A model generated the notes under the pieces. It saw nothing but the letters and a program-made list of their open reading frames with translations, had not been told where the DNA came from and did not search any database. The translations under genes were made by a program, and so were the position numbers. Of a stretch of 64,000 bases of DNA, positions 14,469 to 27,490 are shown in pieces; position 1 is the first letter of the stretch, and every line of letters begins with the position of its first letter. The stretch is from Flaccisagitta enflata (lineage: Eukaryota): positions 9,796,001 to 9,860,000 of the forward strand of contig OZ231126.1 in NCBI GenBank assembly GCA_965153355.1, given 5' to 3'.

Positions 14469-17400
14469 TTACCCTGTGGCTAAATCTTCTAAACCAATAC
14501 TCAGAATTGACGTGTGTGAAAAACCCATGCCATCATCAGCATGGTATGCATCTGTCAGTAAGCAGCTTTCAAACAACCATGCGATGATATCTTTAAATGA
14601 CACATCTTTGATCATAGTGCTGTCAATACAGATAGTTTTCAAAGTTTTGAAGTTTGCACGCTTTTCACCATCTGTCACACGGATAAAATCGCCGAGTTGG
14701 GTATCTTTTCCTTGACAAGACTGCATTAAAATGCAGGCAGGGAACTTCTCAAATGAGAATAAATGCCCAGTAGCACTCTGAGCAGTCACAAATGGCACAG
14801 TTATTTCTCTCACTAACGACCTCGCACTTCTCAAATTGGGCGAAGCTGAACCGATTCTATGCTGTAAGCTGTAAGCTGTAAGCTGGGTTATTCTACTATT
14901 TAAGACCTCTGGCTTGAAAGCAGCCACGCAGGCAGCTAGGTTATCGTACTCGCTCCTCAAAAATATTGCGCCATTTTTGTATTGTACATGCATTAATTTC
15001 GGAACAGATTCCGGTTCATTGATAACTTCCTCCGAAAGCATCTCCAAGGCGTGTCGGTCTCCTTGTAAAAAGATATAGGAAAAGTAAATCATTTTAAGTG
15101 ATTGAATTCTCTCAAACCGAAAACACAAATGACCAGGATATGAGAAGTGGGAGATTAGACAACTTCAGCAAAACGTTTCACCGACGAGTACCTGGTTTTT
15201 CCCAGAGTAATCTCTTCGACTCTAGATCAATATGCGTAGTTCTTGTAGCACTTCCTATCATTGAGAAGAAAGCATTTTTGACTCGGGCAAGAACAGTTCT
15301 TCCACTGGTTACAGCGGAAGACAAATGAACCAGAATAAACTCATTATTTTTTGCCATAAAGGGTGAAATGGCGAATGGTGTATCTTCGGGCCAAAAAATG
15401 AGGGCCGAGCTTGCTACAAACAACTTTCTTTCAATTGTTCCAAGAGCTTTAACATTACAGCATTTTGGACAATCGACGTGGTGATCAGCTACTAAACTAA
15501 CATAGCCGATCCAGATTGCTTTGGAAATTTCCGAATGGATCTTGAATGACTGTTCCTCTGCAATGATGATAAATTTTCTAATAGTGTCCTGAAGAACTAC
15601 CTTCCATTTAGTTTCGTTCCTCGCGACGTAAATAAGTTCTGCGATGATAATCAACAGCCGCCATTCATCCGCTGCAGTACAGCTGCTAAGGATGTGTTTT
15701 AAGATCTTGAGCAGCCTCTTCTGTACTTCCTTTGGCTCTAAACCGAAATCTGTAAGGATCAGAGCAATCGCGCACCGGATAACGGAAATATGGGCGTCCT
15801 TCAATTTGCCTTTCACCTGTAGCGGTTCCAGGATCGCGTCTTCGCTAGTTGCAAAAAGGCACACAAACAACTCCCTAATGTTACGTTGGTAAAAGTGGAG
15901 CTTTTGCGAGTTGCCGATCATAATCTTCTCGAAAACGTCCATCTTTTACAGAAATGAAACTTCTTCATCAGTCAGGCTAAGATGATAAAGCTGCTTCTTC
16001 AAGTCTCTTTGAGGGATGTCTTGAAAACCGATGAGGGATGACCCATTGCAAAAGAAGATGGCGTGACCGAGCTTTTCCAGGAGCCTCCGTTTGTCTGCGA
16101 GTACATCAGCGATGCTTTTCTCAATGAGAGATTGTTTTTCAAGGGAAAGCGCATCACTTTCCTTTCCTTTCTCACAGGTTATCAATTTTTTGTCAAGTAG
16201 CTTGTCATCACACGCCTTAGCAATCGAACCCAAGAGCTTCATAAAGATATCAACGCCATTGCCCACGACACCATCGAAACCGTTGTCATCAAAAAGACGA
16301 CATAGCATAACGGCGTTGATAGGAATCGAGAAAGCCGACTTCATCGAAGAATTGGTTTCCAACGCAGAAGTTAACTTCTCTTTTTTGAGTTGCGTTTCCT
16401 TCGCATTCCCTGAAAATGGGAACACGTCGACAAATTGCAGGCATTGCGATTTGTCCAGCTTGTCTAGTGTATACTCAACCATGTGATCACGGACTTCCCG
16501 CAAAGTTTCTTTCCCCTCTTCTCGCGAAAGAACGATGAAAGTGCTCTCACTGTATAATTCGATACTTTCTCTGAGAAACTTGTGCATCAATTGACTATTT
16601 GTGCTTTCATCAAGTCCATCCAGCAACCAAACTATCTTGGCTTGAGATCTCAAGAACATTTCTCTCAAATGCTCTATTTTCCGATCGTATTCTCCCTTGA
16701 CAAACGCATATTGCTTCAAAAAGTTGGCAAAAAGGTCTTGATCACCATCGATCTTCTTGACGTCGATGACAGCTACGACAGAGGAACCGCAGATTTAATC
16801 ACCTTCTGCCCAATGCCACATAACTTTCTTAGCAATGGTGGTTTTCCCCCTTCCTCCTGGGGCGCAAACGAGGATCATATGATTGCCTCCGCATGCCTCG
16901 GACTCAATTGTGTTACACAAGCTGGTGAATGACGCAGGCGGAACATGACCTGCACTGCCGTCGGAGGAGTTGGAGGAATCCGATTCGTAGCCACTGAAAA
17001 TCGCATCGTATCCAAGTTCAAAGCTATAGCTAGGAGCCGGCGAAGGTGAGCGGGATTCGGTCTCAGCCTCGAAAGATTCTCTTTTAGATTGTACATCAGC
17101 AATAGCAGCCGGCGAAGGTGTGTCGGATTCGGCCATACCCCACCATGCACGCAGATTCCACAATGCAACCTCATCCCACAATGCACCCTCATCCTCGAAC
17201 GATTCTCTTTCAAGTTGTAGGGCTACATCCTGAGCAATTGGAGTTATACAACAGGTCCGCAGATTAAGGACTGCGTCTTTTATTTTCGCATACTGGTACG
17301 AAGCTGGAATGGGGATGGTCGCGTAAAATTTTGAAATATTTGCAGCGAAAAACGTCTTGAACCCTCTCTCTAAATTTTGAAGTTCGATTGAATCGAGTTC

Positions 17401-17520
17401 ATTCGTTGGGGATTGAAAAGGAGGAGGTTTCTGGTAGACGACTGATGCGATAGTCAGATTTTGAATGTTTGACTCGTCGATTTTCGCGCATATTTTCGTT
17501 TTTGCGCCCCCCTCCGCCAT
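14469..17520 (-). pseudogene. NACHT-family STAND NTPase (NLR-like), longest copy A, two in-frame TAA stops
   Basis: Walker A ILVCAPGGRGKTT and Walker B VWLLDGLDE; ORFs 16795-17610, 15946-16719 and 15178-15942 share one frame, broken by TAA at 16795-97 and 15946-48. Likely start MAEGG at 17520; probable intron near 15065-15190. Confidence 0.75.
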
Positions 17521-17887
17521 CTTTGCCACACAAGTCAATCCACCCCTTACAAACACACTTCTTTCCAACGTTTCCGCTTCTTTTTCATGTCCGCTTTTAA
17601 ATTGTTTCAACGGTGAAAAGTTTCAGAAACCCTTTCATGTAGACCGTTAATGGTTCGCTAAACCATTATATTGAGCTAGCCAGGGATAGGCATCTTAGGC
17701 TGAACCAGTTCCAATAGATCTGTTTCAATTCAAACTCAAAGATATTATCATAAAGAAAATAAAATGCATGACAGAACAGCAAATTATAATCTGGAAAATT
17801 TCAGAAGTAACTAAGTAAGAACAAAAGACAAGATTTCGAGATTTATACAAGTGGTAGGGAAGTAAGAAATAAAGTTAAGATGACGTC

Positions 17888-20511
17888 TTAGTTTTTGCCC
17901 TTGCCCTTTCCCTTCCCTTTGGCAAACAGCGACTTGTCCCATTCGCTCGTTTCTTTCCCTCTGACACTCCACAGTCTGGCGGCCCTTTCTTCAAGCGTTC
18001 CGCCGCATTTGAGTCCAATGGCCATCAAAGCGGCCTTCAACGTTTCCAAACCCAGAGCTTCCAACTCGCTCGTCGACGAGTAATCATCCAAAGTCAGAGG
18101 CACTGAAGGAGGAGTAGAGATGGGCGCAGGAGGTGATGGGGGAGTGGTGTAAGAAGGATCAGTCTCAGATGAAGGCGTGGTGATGGGAACCGGGGGTGGC
18201 GTGCTAGTAGCATCAGGATCGGACGGAAGAGTTTCCTCTTCCTTCAGAGGCTCCGAAGTCTGTGAAGGCAAGAAACTGGCTTCTTGATTAACGGAATTGT
18301 CTTTAGACGAAGTCGTGTCACTCGATGGAGACTCAATCTTGGTTTCAGAGTCTGGCGCGATGGCGACAACTTTGGGCGCCTTCCGTTTTCTCACTCCTCC
18401 CGTTTCGTCCCTAATCTCGCCTTCCTCTTCTTCTTCTTCTTCTTCTTCTTCCTCCTCTTCCTCTTCCACTACCACACCTTCTGCTTCACATATGGCTTCA
18501 CCTCCCGGCGACGCCTCTGAATCTCCTTCCATCTTTACTTCATTCTCCTCTTCGCTATCCAACGAAGATGCCGATGAAGAGTCATCATCATCGTCATCAT
18601 CCTCCATGTCTTCCATCCCGTACAACTTTTTCGCCGACGACGCTCCTTCCTCTTCCTCCTCGCTCTTCCTCTTCTTCGTTCCTCCATTTGTAACCTTCTT
18701 CCTCTTCTCCACTCCTTTCTCCTCTTCTCCTTCCTCTCCCTTCTTGTTCTTCCTTAGCCCTGCTTCGATCGCGTCGTCTAGATTTTCGAGTACTTTGTTC
18801 TTTTGTTGGTCGTAGTTGGCGTCTGTGAATTTGTGTTTAGGCGTTTCCAATTGCGCCCTCTTCCTGTCCATTCTTTCTTTGCGTCGTTCTTCCCGCTGAC
18901 GTTGACGTTCAGCGGTTTTCGCCAACCACGAAGTCAATGCCTGAAAAAGGGAAAGGTTGGAATTTCAACGACTGTAGCCCATATGCTTCAATTCTTGTGT
19001 TAAGGTCTTTGCTTCCACACGAATGTGCACATGTTAATTTAGAGATATTGTTGAGTCAGCAAAGCAATGAACAATTAACCATTAATTTACAGACGGGACC
19101 CTAATAAGAGCGGAGGAGGGACCCAAAGTTTTAGCATCACCCCTTACAGCCTATATAGCTCAAGCAATTTACTTAGTTGCTATGGCGGATTACACCTTGG
19201 GTGGATACAATTGGCGCCACCGTGGCGATTTTTGAATTTCCACCTAGAACACCCCCAAATTTTAAAAATTGAAGAAAAAAATGGGTTTAATTTTTTGAGG
19301 GTCCGGAGGGTGATTTTACAAAATTTAAGGGTGTTCTAGGTGGAAATTCAAAAATCGCCACGGTGGCGCCAATTGTATTCACCTAAGGTGTAAATTGCCA
19401 CAGCAAGTAAGAGAAATGCTTGAGCCATTTGAGCTGTAGGGGGTGATGCTAAAACTTTGGGTCCCTCCTCCGCTCTTATTAGGGTCCTGTCTGTACTCGA
19501 TAAATAACCATTTGTAATCGTCCCTGACTTCAATTGCTGGTGTCTCTCTTGACCTAGTGATTTGTCTGTCTTTTTGTCTGTCGATCTACAGAGAGACATA
19601 AACTATTACCTTTTCGTTGTTGACGTCCCTGACTCTTCTGCCGCTGAGGTCTCTCATGGCTTCGTGATTCGTCGTCTTCTCGATCTGCGCTCCCAACGCG
19701 CGCAACATCGACCCAAATCCACCTTTGCCGCCAAACAACCGCGCTTGAACCTAATGGATCAAGAGTAGTTATGGAACAAACAGTTGAAGGAAGTGAACCA
19801 TACAGAATAGCCCCTACAGACAGGCCACTAATTTAGTGTGTGGTGGCACATTAAGTTTTAGCACCACCCCCTACAGCTCAAACCCGATAACCAATTTTTC
19901 CACTTGGAACTGCTCTGATTACCTTGGGGCAATACAAATGGCGCCACCGTGGCGATTTTTGGGTTTCCACCTTTAACACCCCCAATTTTGCGATTTTTTG
20001 GCTTTTAGGGGATGGTTCAGGGGTGGGCAAAAAGTGGTCATTTGGAGGGGTTAAAAGTGGAAACTCAAAAATCGCCACGGTGGCGCCATTTGTATTGCCC
20101 CAAAGTATCCAAAGTTGTTCCAAGTGAAAAAATTGGTTAATTGGTTTGGGCTGTAGGGGGTGGTGCTAAAAAATGTGCCGCCACACGCTAAATTAGTGGT
20201 CCTTCTGTAGATTTCATGTGCCTGTGGTGATGATTGTCATGCTTTTCCGGCTTGGCGCCTATACTTAACGCTACACCTTCTACAGGACATGGACATTCTG
20301 ACATGGCAAATAGTTTTACCCTGATGACGTCGTCATGATTGAGAAGATCGTCGCCGTCGATCGATCTGCCATTTCTCGTCAGGAAGAAGTCGTCGATGTC
20401 GACGCCCAAGCTGCTCGCCAACTGCTTCTTCAAGGATGCCGACCGGAAATACCCCTCGAACCAAATCCGCGTCGAAACGCGCTGGTCAGAGAGCAAAGTC
20501 AAAGAAGGCAT
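17888..20511 (-). CDS. SDE2: SDE2 splicing/replication-stress factor; exons 20511-20320, 19750-19610, 18940-17888
   Basis: Ubiquitin-like N-terminus, [16 protein letters not shown] cleavage motif, RDLSGRR, C-terminal SAP-like [36 protein letters not shown] junctions in phase 0. Confidence 0.93.
19090..19493. mobile_element. Fold-back MITE in SDE2 intron 2
   Basis: TA|CAGACGGGACCCTAATAAGAGCGG ... CCGCTCTTATTAGGGTCCTGTCTG|TA, nearly fully palindromic. Confidence 0.85.
19817..20207. mobile_element. Related fold-back MITE in SDE2 intron 1
   Basis: TA|CAGACAGGCCACTAATTTAG ... CTAAATTAGTGGTCCTTCTG|TA; shares GGCGCCACCGTGGCGATTTT and CCCCCTACAGC motifs with the 19090 MITE. Confidence 0.8.
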
Positions 20512-21196
20512 TTTGTTCTAAAGTGTTCTCTTTTTGTTTGTTTGTTTTCTTGTTTGTTTGTTTGTTGTTTCAAAGTTTGTTTTCTTTTCCCACTTAATTT
20601 TTTATTCTTTTCAATGAAATAACGGACTATTTCAATGAGGAAAACCTTATGAAAATGAGATGAGTGATCATGAAATGATATCATGAAGGTTTTTATTCTT
20701 TTTTTTAAAGTGGTGATGACTGATAACGAATTTCGGTGTATCATTATTACAAGGAAATTCTACGTAAAGGAGTACCTAAGCTATACACACGTTGGGGTAA
20801 GGAATAAGGAGAATATCATTGAAGTTATTTATTCTTACGTTGGTGCTGCTGCCGAAATATTTTTCAAGAGGGTGACGCACCAAAGAAAACGCTTGTAGTT
20901 TTTTTTTCTTGTGAAATCAAACAAAAAACCAACTAATTAGGAAAAACAGCTATTTGAAAGTCCAAACTGGGACAAGAATTTTAAAACAAATTCCGGGATA
21001 TTTTGTACATATTCCGAATCTATAAACAACGCGATTTACACACTCAGGAATCGTAATGGCGAAGTGCATTTTCCTGTTGCGACCTTGCCCACGGACTCCT
21101 ACACACTGGCTTATCAGTCTCATCCCTAGGGCCCTTTCATAAGGAAAATTTCATCTTCTTCATACTCTTCTTCCTCCTTCTCCTCCTTATCCACAC

Positions 21197-24100
21197 TTAG
21201 TCTCTCTTCCTCGACTTGCTCGGCCCTCCTCCTCCTCCTCCTCCTCCTCCGCTGGAAGATGCTCCTCTTTTGCCTCCTTGACTTTTGGCTTCGGCCAAGA
21301 ACTTGTCGAGTCCGAATGGATCGTCTTCAACGGCGTCGACGTCGCGTTCGAACTGCACCGGCCCGTCGCGTTTCGACGCGCGATCCGTGCCCGAGAATTC
21401 TTTGTCCGGAACAAAACGATTCGTCTTCATGATCGTCTCCAAATCATCGCCGTACGCGTCTTTGTCCTAGGAGGAGAGAGGAGAGTTTACAGGGTGAGGG
21501 AAGGGGAAGGGGGGGGGGGGAAGTGGTGAAAGGATGATAAAGCGAACAAATACAGTTGATGCCCCGCTCTAACGGACCCGCCACTAACGGAATTCGACTT
21601 ATAATGGATGCAAATTCATAGTCCCATCATTTTTTTTCTATATTGGCTTTAAAAAAATTTCGCATATAACAGATAAAAATTGTTAGTTCCTTGAAATCCG
21701 TTAGAGGAGGATTCCACTGAAGACAAAAGGAGAAGCAAAAATATTCAGGGAAAATGTGATCCGACAGCCGTGCCTCGTTTCGACTTACGGTTCCTTTAGA
21801 GGGTCTGTAGATATTGTTAGCGAGACTGTTAGCGGCCCTCCAGGGTTTGTCATAAACGTTGTAAGTGTCGTCCTCGGCGCCGAAGCCTTGATCCAACCCT
21901 TTGGACTGATTGAATAACCTAAAAACAAAGGGCAAAGAGAACATAAGAAAGAAGTTCGATTTTGGAGAAAATTACAAACAATCGCGATTAAGGGAGGGGG
22001 GGGAGGTAAGAAGGTTAAACAAGTATAAGAAAACAGCTACTAAGATGTAAGTTTCATACAAAACAGCAAAGATTTCTTTCAGTATGTCGGGATAGCAACG
22101 GTGGTCAATACAACTACATTGGATGACAAAACGATCAAGACACGAAAATTCGATGTCATGAATCTGACCTTGAGTCGAATTGGGTGTCTCCTCCGCTGGT
22201 GGAGGCCGATGGCATCCCGAGGGCGATTTTCTCGCTGATGTCTCTTTCTTTGTCTCGACTGAGTTTGTTGCGTTTATCCGGAGCCGCGCGAGCCAAATTC
22301 CGCTCACGAGCGCGATCCTTGTGTCGCTCGTATCGCAAAGCGTCACGATCTTCGGCACCGCCTGTTAGTGGATAGCGTTAAGTCGTTGAGTCTGTTGGAA
22401 ATTCCAACTTGGAATTGTAGTATCCAACGTGTAGGATTCCAACAGCGATCGTGTCCTCTTTATCACAATCCAATGAGCATTACGAATCAATATGATCGAT
22501 CCAGCGAAACGGAAATTCGGCTGAACACCAGGGCTGTAAATTGATCCCCATTGGCGGCAATTATGAGCATTAGTAAGGTATTTCAAGATAATACTTCCGA
22601 ATTTAGCAACGTCAGAGTAAGCAAGTTGCTGGTCATTTTGTTTTCAAATGCAGAAACCTTGTCAGAGCCGGTGTAAAGTTGCGTACTGCTATATGCAAAT
22701 TAGAATTAGTGAAGGATATGAAAACCGTAGTAATTTTTTTTCTTGTACATGGACGCATGGGCTCACTCGACATATGATCCCGCATACTTATGAATATGAT
22801 GACGGCACGCTTATTCAATGTTTGGGTACAAACCGTCTTTATCGGTTGCTGCGGCTGCGGCGGTTCCTGTTGAGGTAGCGGTTGCTGCGGCGGCTGGGCG
22901 ATGGATTCCAGCTCGCTCTTCTCTCGCCTTTTGAGCCAAATCTCGCAAATTTTGTTCCTTCTTCTCCTTTTCTTTTTGGGCCAATTTCTTCTCGATTTGA
23001 GACCTCATCTCGACAGCTTCTCGCGCTTTTCGATCGGCGATGTAAAGCGCCTCCGCCAATTTGGCAAAGTTCTCGTTGATATGCACCTGGGATCAAGTAA
23101 GGGGATTCGATTGAAACATCCGTCTGGTGCGCGCGATCGCACGATCACCGTAAACGAGAGAATGTCCATCCGTCCAACGGCCAACAAGTAGTCGAGTGCA
23201 ACTAACGTACAAACTAACGGAGATAACTACGGACATGGCGCACTAACCGCTATTTGCCACCTAACTGTAGTCATCCTCTGCCATCAGCTTCCCACCTGTT
23301 GTAATCCTCTGCCAACTGCTGCCCACCTGATGTAAACCTCTGCCATCTGCTGCCCACCTGTTATAATCCTCTGCCATCTGCTGCTCACCTGTTGTAAACC
23401 TCTGCCATCTGCTGCTTACCTAATGTATACCTCTGCCAGCTGCTCCCCACATGTTGTAATCCTCTGCCTTCTGCTGCCCACCTATTGTTAACCTCTGCCA
23501 TATGCTGCCCACCTAATGTAAACCTCTGCCATCTGCTGCCCACATATTTTAAACTTCTGCCATCTGCTGCCCACCTGTTGTAAACCTCTGCCATCTGCTG
23601 CCAGTCTTTTGTCCAGAGGAATGGTGTATCCTCTCGCGTTCTTCCAGTTGGAAATGCAGGGTGGAATCTTCCATTCTTGTTGTTCTTTCGCCGTCACTTT
23701 TCTGTGGAGAGAAAAATCAGCCCCCAAAACCCCGATCATGCGGCGTGGGCCCGACATAGGTTAAATTCACAAATATATGGGCAATAATTTTCAACAGTGA
23801 CAAGCTAAAAGTATGTCATGCATTTCACATTTCAGCTCAGAATACGAGACTTGGCCTTTCATTTGCCATTCTCTGACTAAAATGCCCATAAGCGTATTTG
23901 TGAATTTAACCAACCATATCAAAGCCCAAACGTCAAAGAGATTAGTCCCTCACCTGCTTGGCGAATGCATGACGGGTGCGGGGGGACTCGGGGGGCCGCG
24001 GGGAATCTTCTTGTTCGTCTTGAATTTGGGGGGCTCCATGGGATCGACTTGCGCCTCGACCATCCGAATGATACGCTGCTTGGCGCCACTGTTGAATGCC

Positions 24101-26102
24101 GCTCCCTTCGGAAAATGAATGAATGAATAAATGAACACATGAATGAATGAACAAATGAATGAATATATGAATGAATGAATGAACAGGAGATCCGATGCTT
24201 GGTCTCATTATTAAAAACCGCTTCCTAAAGAGGATGATTAACTTAACAAGTGAATGAATGAAGGTTTGAAAAGGAGATCCGCACTTTTGGATGAAGAAGT
24301 AGATGAAATGCACAAATAAAATTTTGACTATCGAATCAATGCTCAAAAGATTCATAAACGATCACACAGTTGCACGAATGCAAGAACGTGCAACAGCACG
24401 AAGGCCTGACCTGTTGCGAAGGCGTGTAGCGAATGTATTGAGCTGGCGCTTGTTTCTCGGCGCAACGGACGGGCATCGCGGCGCTGATCTTTCCCTGAAC
24501 CAATTTTTCCAGCGCAGCACGAGTTCGCTCAGTGTTATCCTCGATCTGGAAGTGAGGGATGGCAACCATAATTAGAGAATAGATTAACACAAATGTCATT
24601 ATAAAGAAATAAAGAGAGAAAGAAAGAAAGAAAGAGAAAAAGAAAAAGGCAGAAAGAAAGGCAGACAGAAAGAAAGCAAGTAAGCAAACAAGCAAGCAAG
24701 AAAGCAGATTGGAAGAAAGAAGAAAGAAAGACTGAAAAAAGTATAGAGGGTGAGAGACAAATAAGAAGGACAAATCAGGACGATGTCACCTCTTCTTCGT
24801 CAGGCTTTTGAAGTTCCTCGTTATCTTCATCCATGACTTCTTTGGGTAGAAGATCTTCGAACTTGGAAAAGACGACGCGATCTTTGCCGTGACCTTGACG
24901 AGCGATCGCGTCGTACTTCACTTTACCTTCCGCGTCAACCTAAAATATTAAGGGAACGATGCAATATGCAAACTAGGTTTTAGTCGTAATCTTTAAGAGC
25001 GATCGCGTCGTACTTCACTTTACCTTCCGCGTCAACCAGAAGTGTTTGGTAAACATGGTTACAACGCAATATACAAAGGAGGTCTATGACATGATGCCTA
25101 AGGGTGATCGCGTTGTGCTATGACTCCTTCGTGAATTCCTGCAATACGCACATTGAATCAGTATCAACCATCCCATCAAGGTACTCCAATGATAGTTATA
25201 GACTTGTGATAAACGATGTTTTAAGTTTAAGAGCTGTCGAGACTACGCTCTCAAAAAGAACTCTGAGTCTCACTTGCAGTGCCAAGGCGTTGGACTTTTC
25301 TTTCTTCTCATTTCTCTCTCCCATGCCGAGAGGATATTGTGCGGCGTGGATTTCCGGGAAAGCGCCTCCATCGCCGAAATCGGCCGGCGTCCGCGGAATC
25401 CATTTCCCGTTGGCTCGATTGCCGTAAGGAGGAGCCCGACCGGACATTAACAAGGCGGTACTGGCGCCTGGTATGGGTATTGGGGAGGGTGGTTTAAGTA
25501 ATATTAGTCAAATTGCCATTCTATCCAAGATATTTCAAGGGCCATCGGACATCAACAGCGCAGTACTGGCGCCTGGAATGGGTATTGGGGAAGGTGTTTT
25601 AAGTAATATTAGTCAAATTGCCATTCTATCCAAAATATTTCATAAAACACCAACAACGCAGTACTGGCGCCTGGTATGGGGATTGGGGAGGGTGTTTAAA
25701 ATATACTTGTATACGTAATAAGTCAAATTGCAATTCTTTTCAAAATATTTCAAGTGCCACCAGACATCATCAAAGCAGAGCTGGCGCATTTTATGGGGAA
25801 GAATTCCAATTAATCATCAATGCCAGTGAAAATCAACGGCAAGTGTACTGGCGAAATCATTGTTCCAAATAAGAGACTGGCCCCTTGGACTGTGAGCACT
25901 TCCAGGCACATCGGCCTGGGGTTATTAAAGTTGAGAACGCGCTTCCACCCCATCTTGCATCTCCCATCCTTCTCCTGAGTCCTGACCCTATAATAACCAC
26001 AGTACCTGAGGCGGCGGCTGCCTTGGCGTGTTTTGCGCGATCATGCTCGTCTCTGTCGAATGTTTTTTGCGACGGCGCCGGCAGCACGCTGCTCAGCGAC
26101 AT
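21197..26102 (-). CDS. SNW1: SNW domain protein 1 (SKIP/Prp45), multi-exon
   Basis: Exons encode MSLSSVLPAP, DFGDGGAFPEIH, YIRYTPSQQ, DPMEPPKFK...PPSPPAPVMHSP, IPPCISNWKN, INENFAKLAEALYIAD, RDISEKIALG, FVPDKEFSG...DPFGLD. Confidence 0.96.
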
Positions 26103-26900
26103 TTTTAGTTCTTTTATTTGTTTGTTCGTCTTTTTTCCTCGTCTGCTTTTTTGTTGTTTTTTTTCGTCGACCGATTGTAAATAAAAAGGGAATTTAAAAA
26201 GGATGATAATCGTAATTAATGAATGTCGCGAGAGGTGAAGTAATGGAAGAGGGGGAGAGAAACAAACCTCTTTCACTCAAGAGTGTAAAATCGAAACCGT
26301 TAGAAGAGGGCGGAGGGGTAGGGGGGAACGAAAATTGCTAGTTTTTTTTTTTAAGAAAAAACTTTGACCAGATCAGCAGAGAGTTAGTAGTAATGCCGAA
26401 TGTGAAAAAATAAGCCTTCGAACGCGACCGCACCAAAATCTCTCTAATGCGCGTGAGTTAGCCTTAAGCCTACAACTAAGGGAAGACTCGGAGAGGAAGA
26501 GGAACAGAGGACAATGCAATGACCGAGGTAGAACGAACAAACAATCGAACGAACGAACGAACGAACGAACGAACGAACGAGTGAAGAGGTAAAGGTGGGA
26601 AGGGGTGGAAAATCAAACATTACGTCGAAAATGCCAAGTTTTCGAGTGCTCGCGACGAAAGGGGGGGAGTTGGGACGATGCGGGAATAATAAGAAATATC
26701 AAAGTTACACAACGCGGGTTCATAAAAATCTGAACAGTATCTGGGTCCGCGACGGAAGGGGGTTAAAGATCACCAATTCTGTAAGATCGCTATGACCAAA
26801 AGATTGCTAACCCTGTAAGTTCGCCAAAACTATAAGTCTTTACATTTAGAGCCTCCATACAAAGTTTCATACAAATCCGTTGAAAAATGACAAAGTTATG

Positions 26901-27470
26901 TGAGGTTTTTGGGGACTGCCTACTATGGTATTTCTATGGAAGCTTGGAAGCAACCCACTACCCCCAAAAACTCTCCCCATTGTGCCCTGCATATTTGAAT
27001 GTACTAAATTCCTTTCCCCCTCATTTTGCCCCTTTGTGTGACTCTGTGCCTTGTAGGACTGTGTATTCAATGCCCCTTATCATTGTTGTGACCCGTTGCC
27101 TTACTGTTACATATTCCTGCTTCACATTCCTGTTATATACTCTGAACAGAGATCGCCTTTTTTGCCCTAGAACCTCACCCCAAAATGTATTCCCATTTTG
27201 TTTGTCCTCCACTGATAATATGTCTTCCTCTTCCTCACTCTCTCTGCCCAACTCCTATATAACCGGTCCCTCACCCAAGCTCAATGTTCTTTTTCTGTAC
27301 TACAATTGCTGTTACGCTTTTTGCTGAATGTTTCTATACTTCAACAAATTAAAACGTGTCTCCGCAATTACTTTGTCCTAAGAAAGGGAACCACCGCAAA
27401 CTAACATCCAGTGTAATTCAGTCACACCATAGTCTGTGTCATTTAGCTACGTTTAGCGACACAAACTTTA
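26901..27470 (+). repeat. 5' LTR
   Basis: TGAGG...CTTTA; same sequence as 50233-50802; TATATAA at 27256-62 and ATTAAA at 27348-53. Confidence 0.96.
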
Positions 27471-27472
27471 GG

Positions 27473-27490
27473 TGGTGTCACCGTCGTGAT
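27473..27490 (+). promoter_or_regulatory. Primer-binding site
   Basis: TGGTGTCACCGTCGTGAT starts 2 nt after the 5' LTR; TGG is complementary to the tRNA CCA end. Confidence 0.75.

Noticed and set aside
15946-16797. TAA reassignment/readthrough in the NACHT gene
   Set aside because: SDE2, SNW1 and env end normally at TAA; pseudogenisation is simpler.
26887-27327. 146/156-aa ORFs in both LTRs (also 50189-50659)
   Set aside because: Their starts lie outside the LTR and differ between copies; no motifs.
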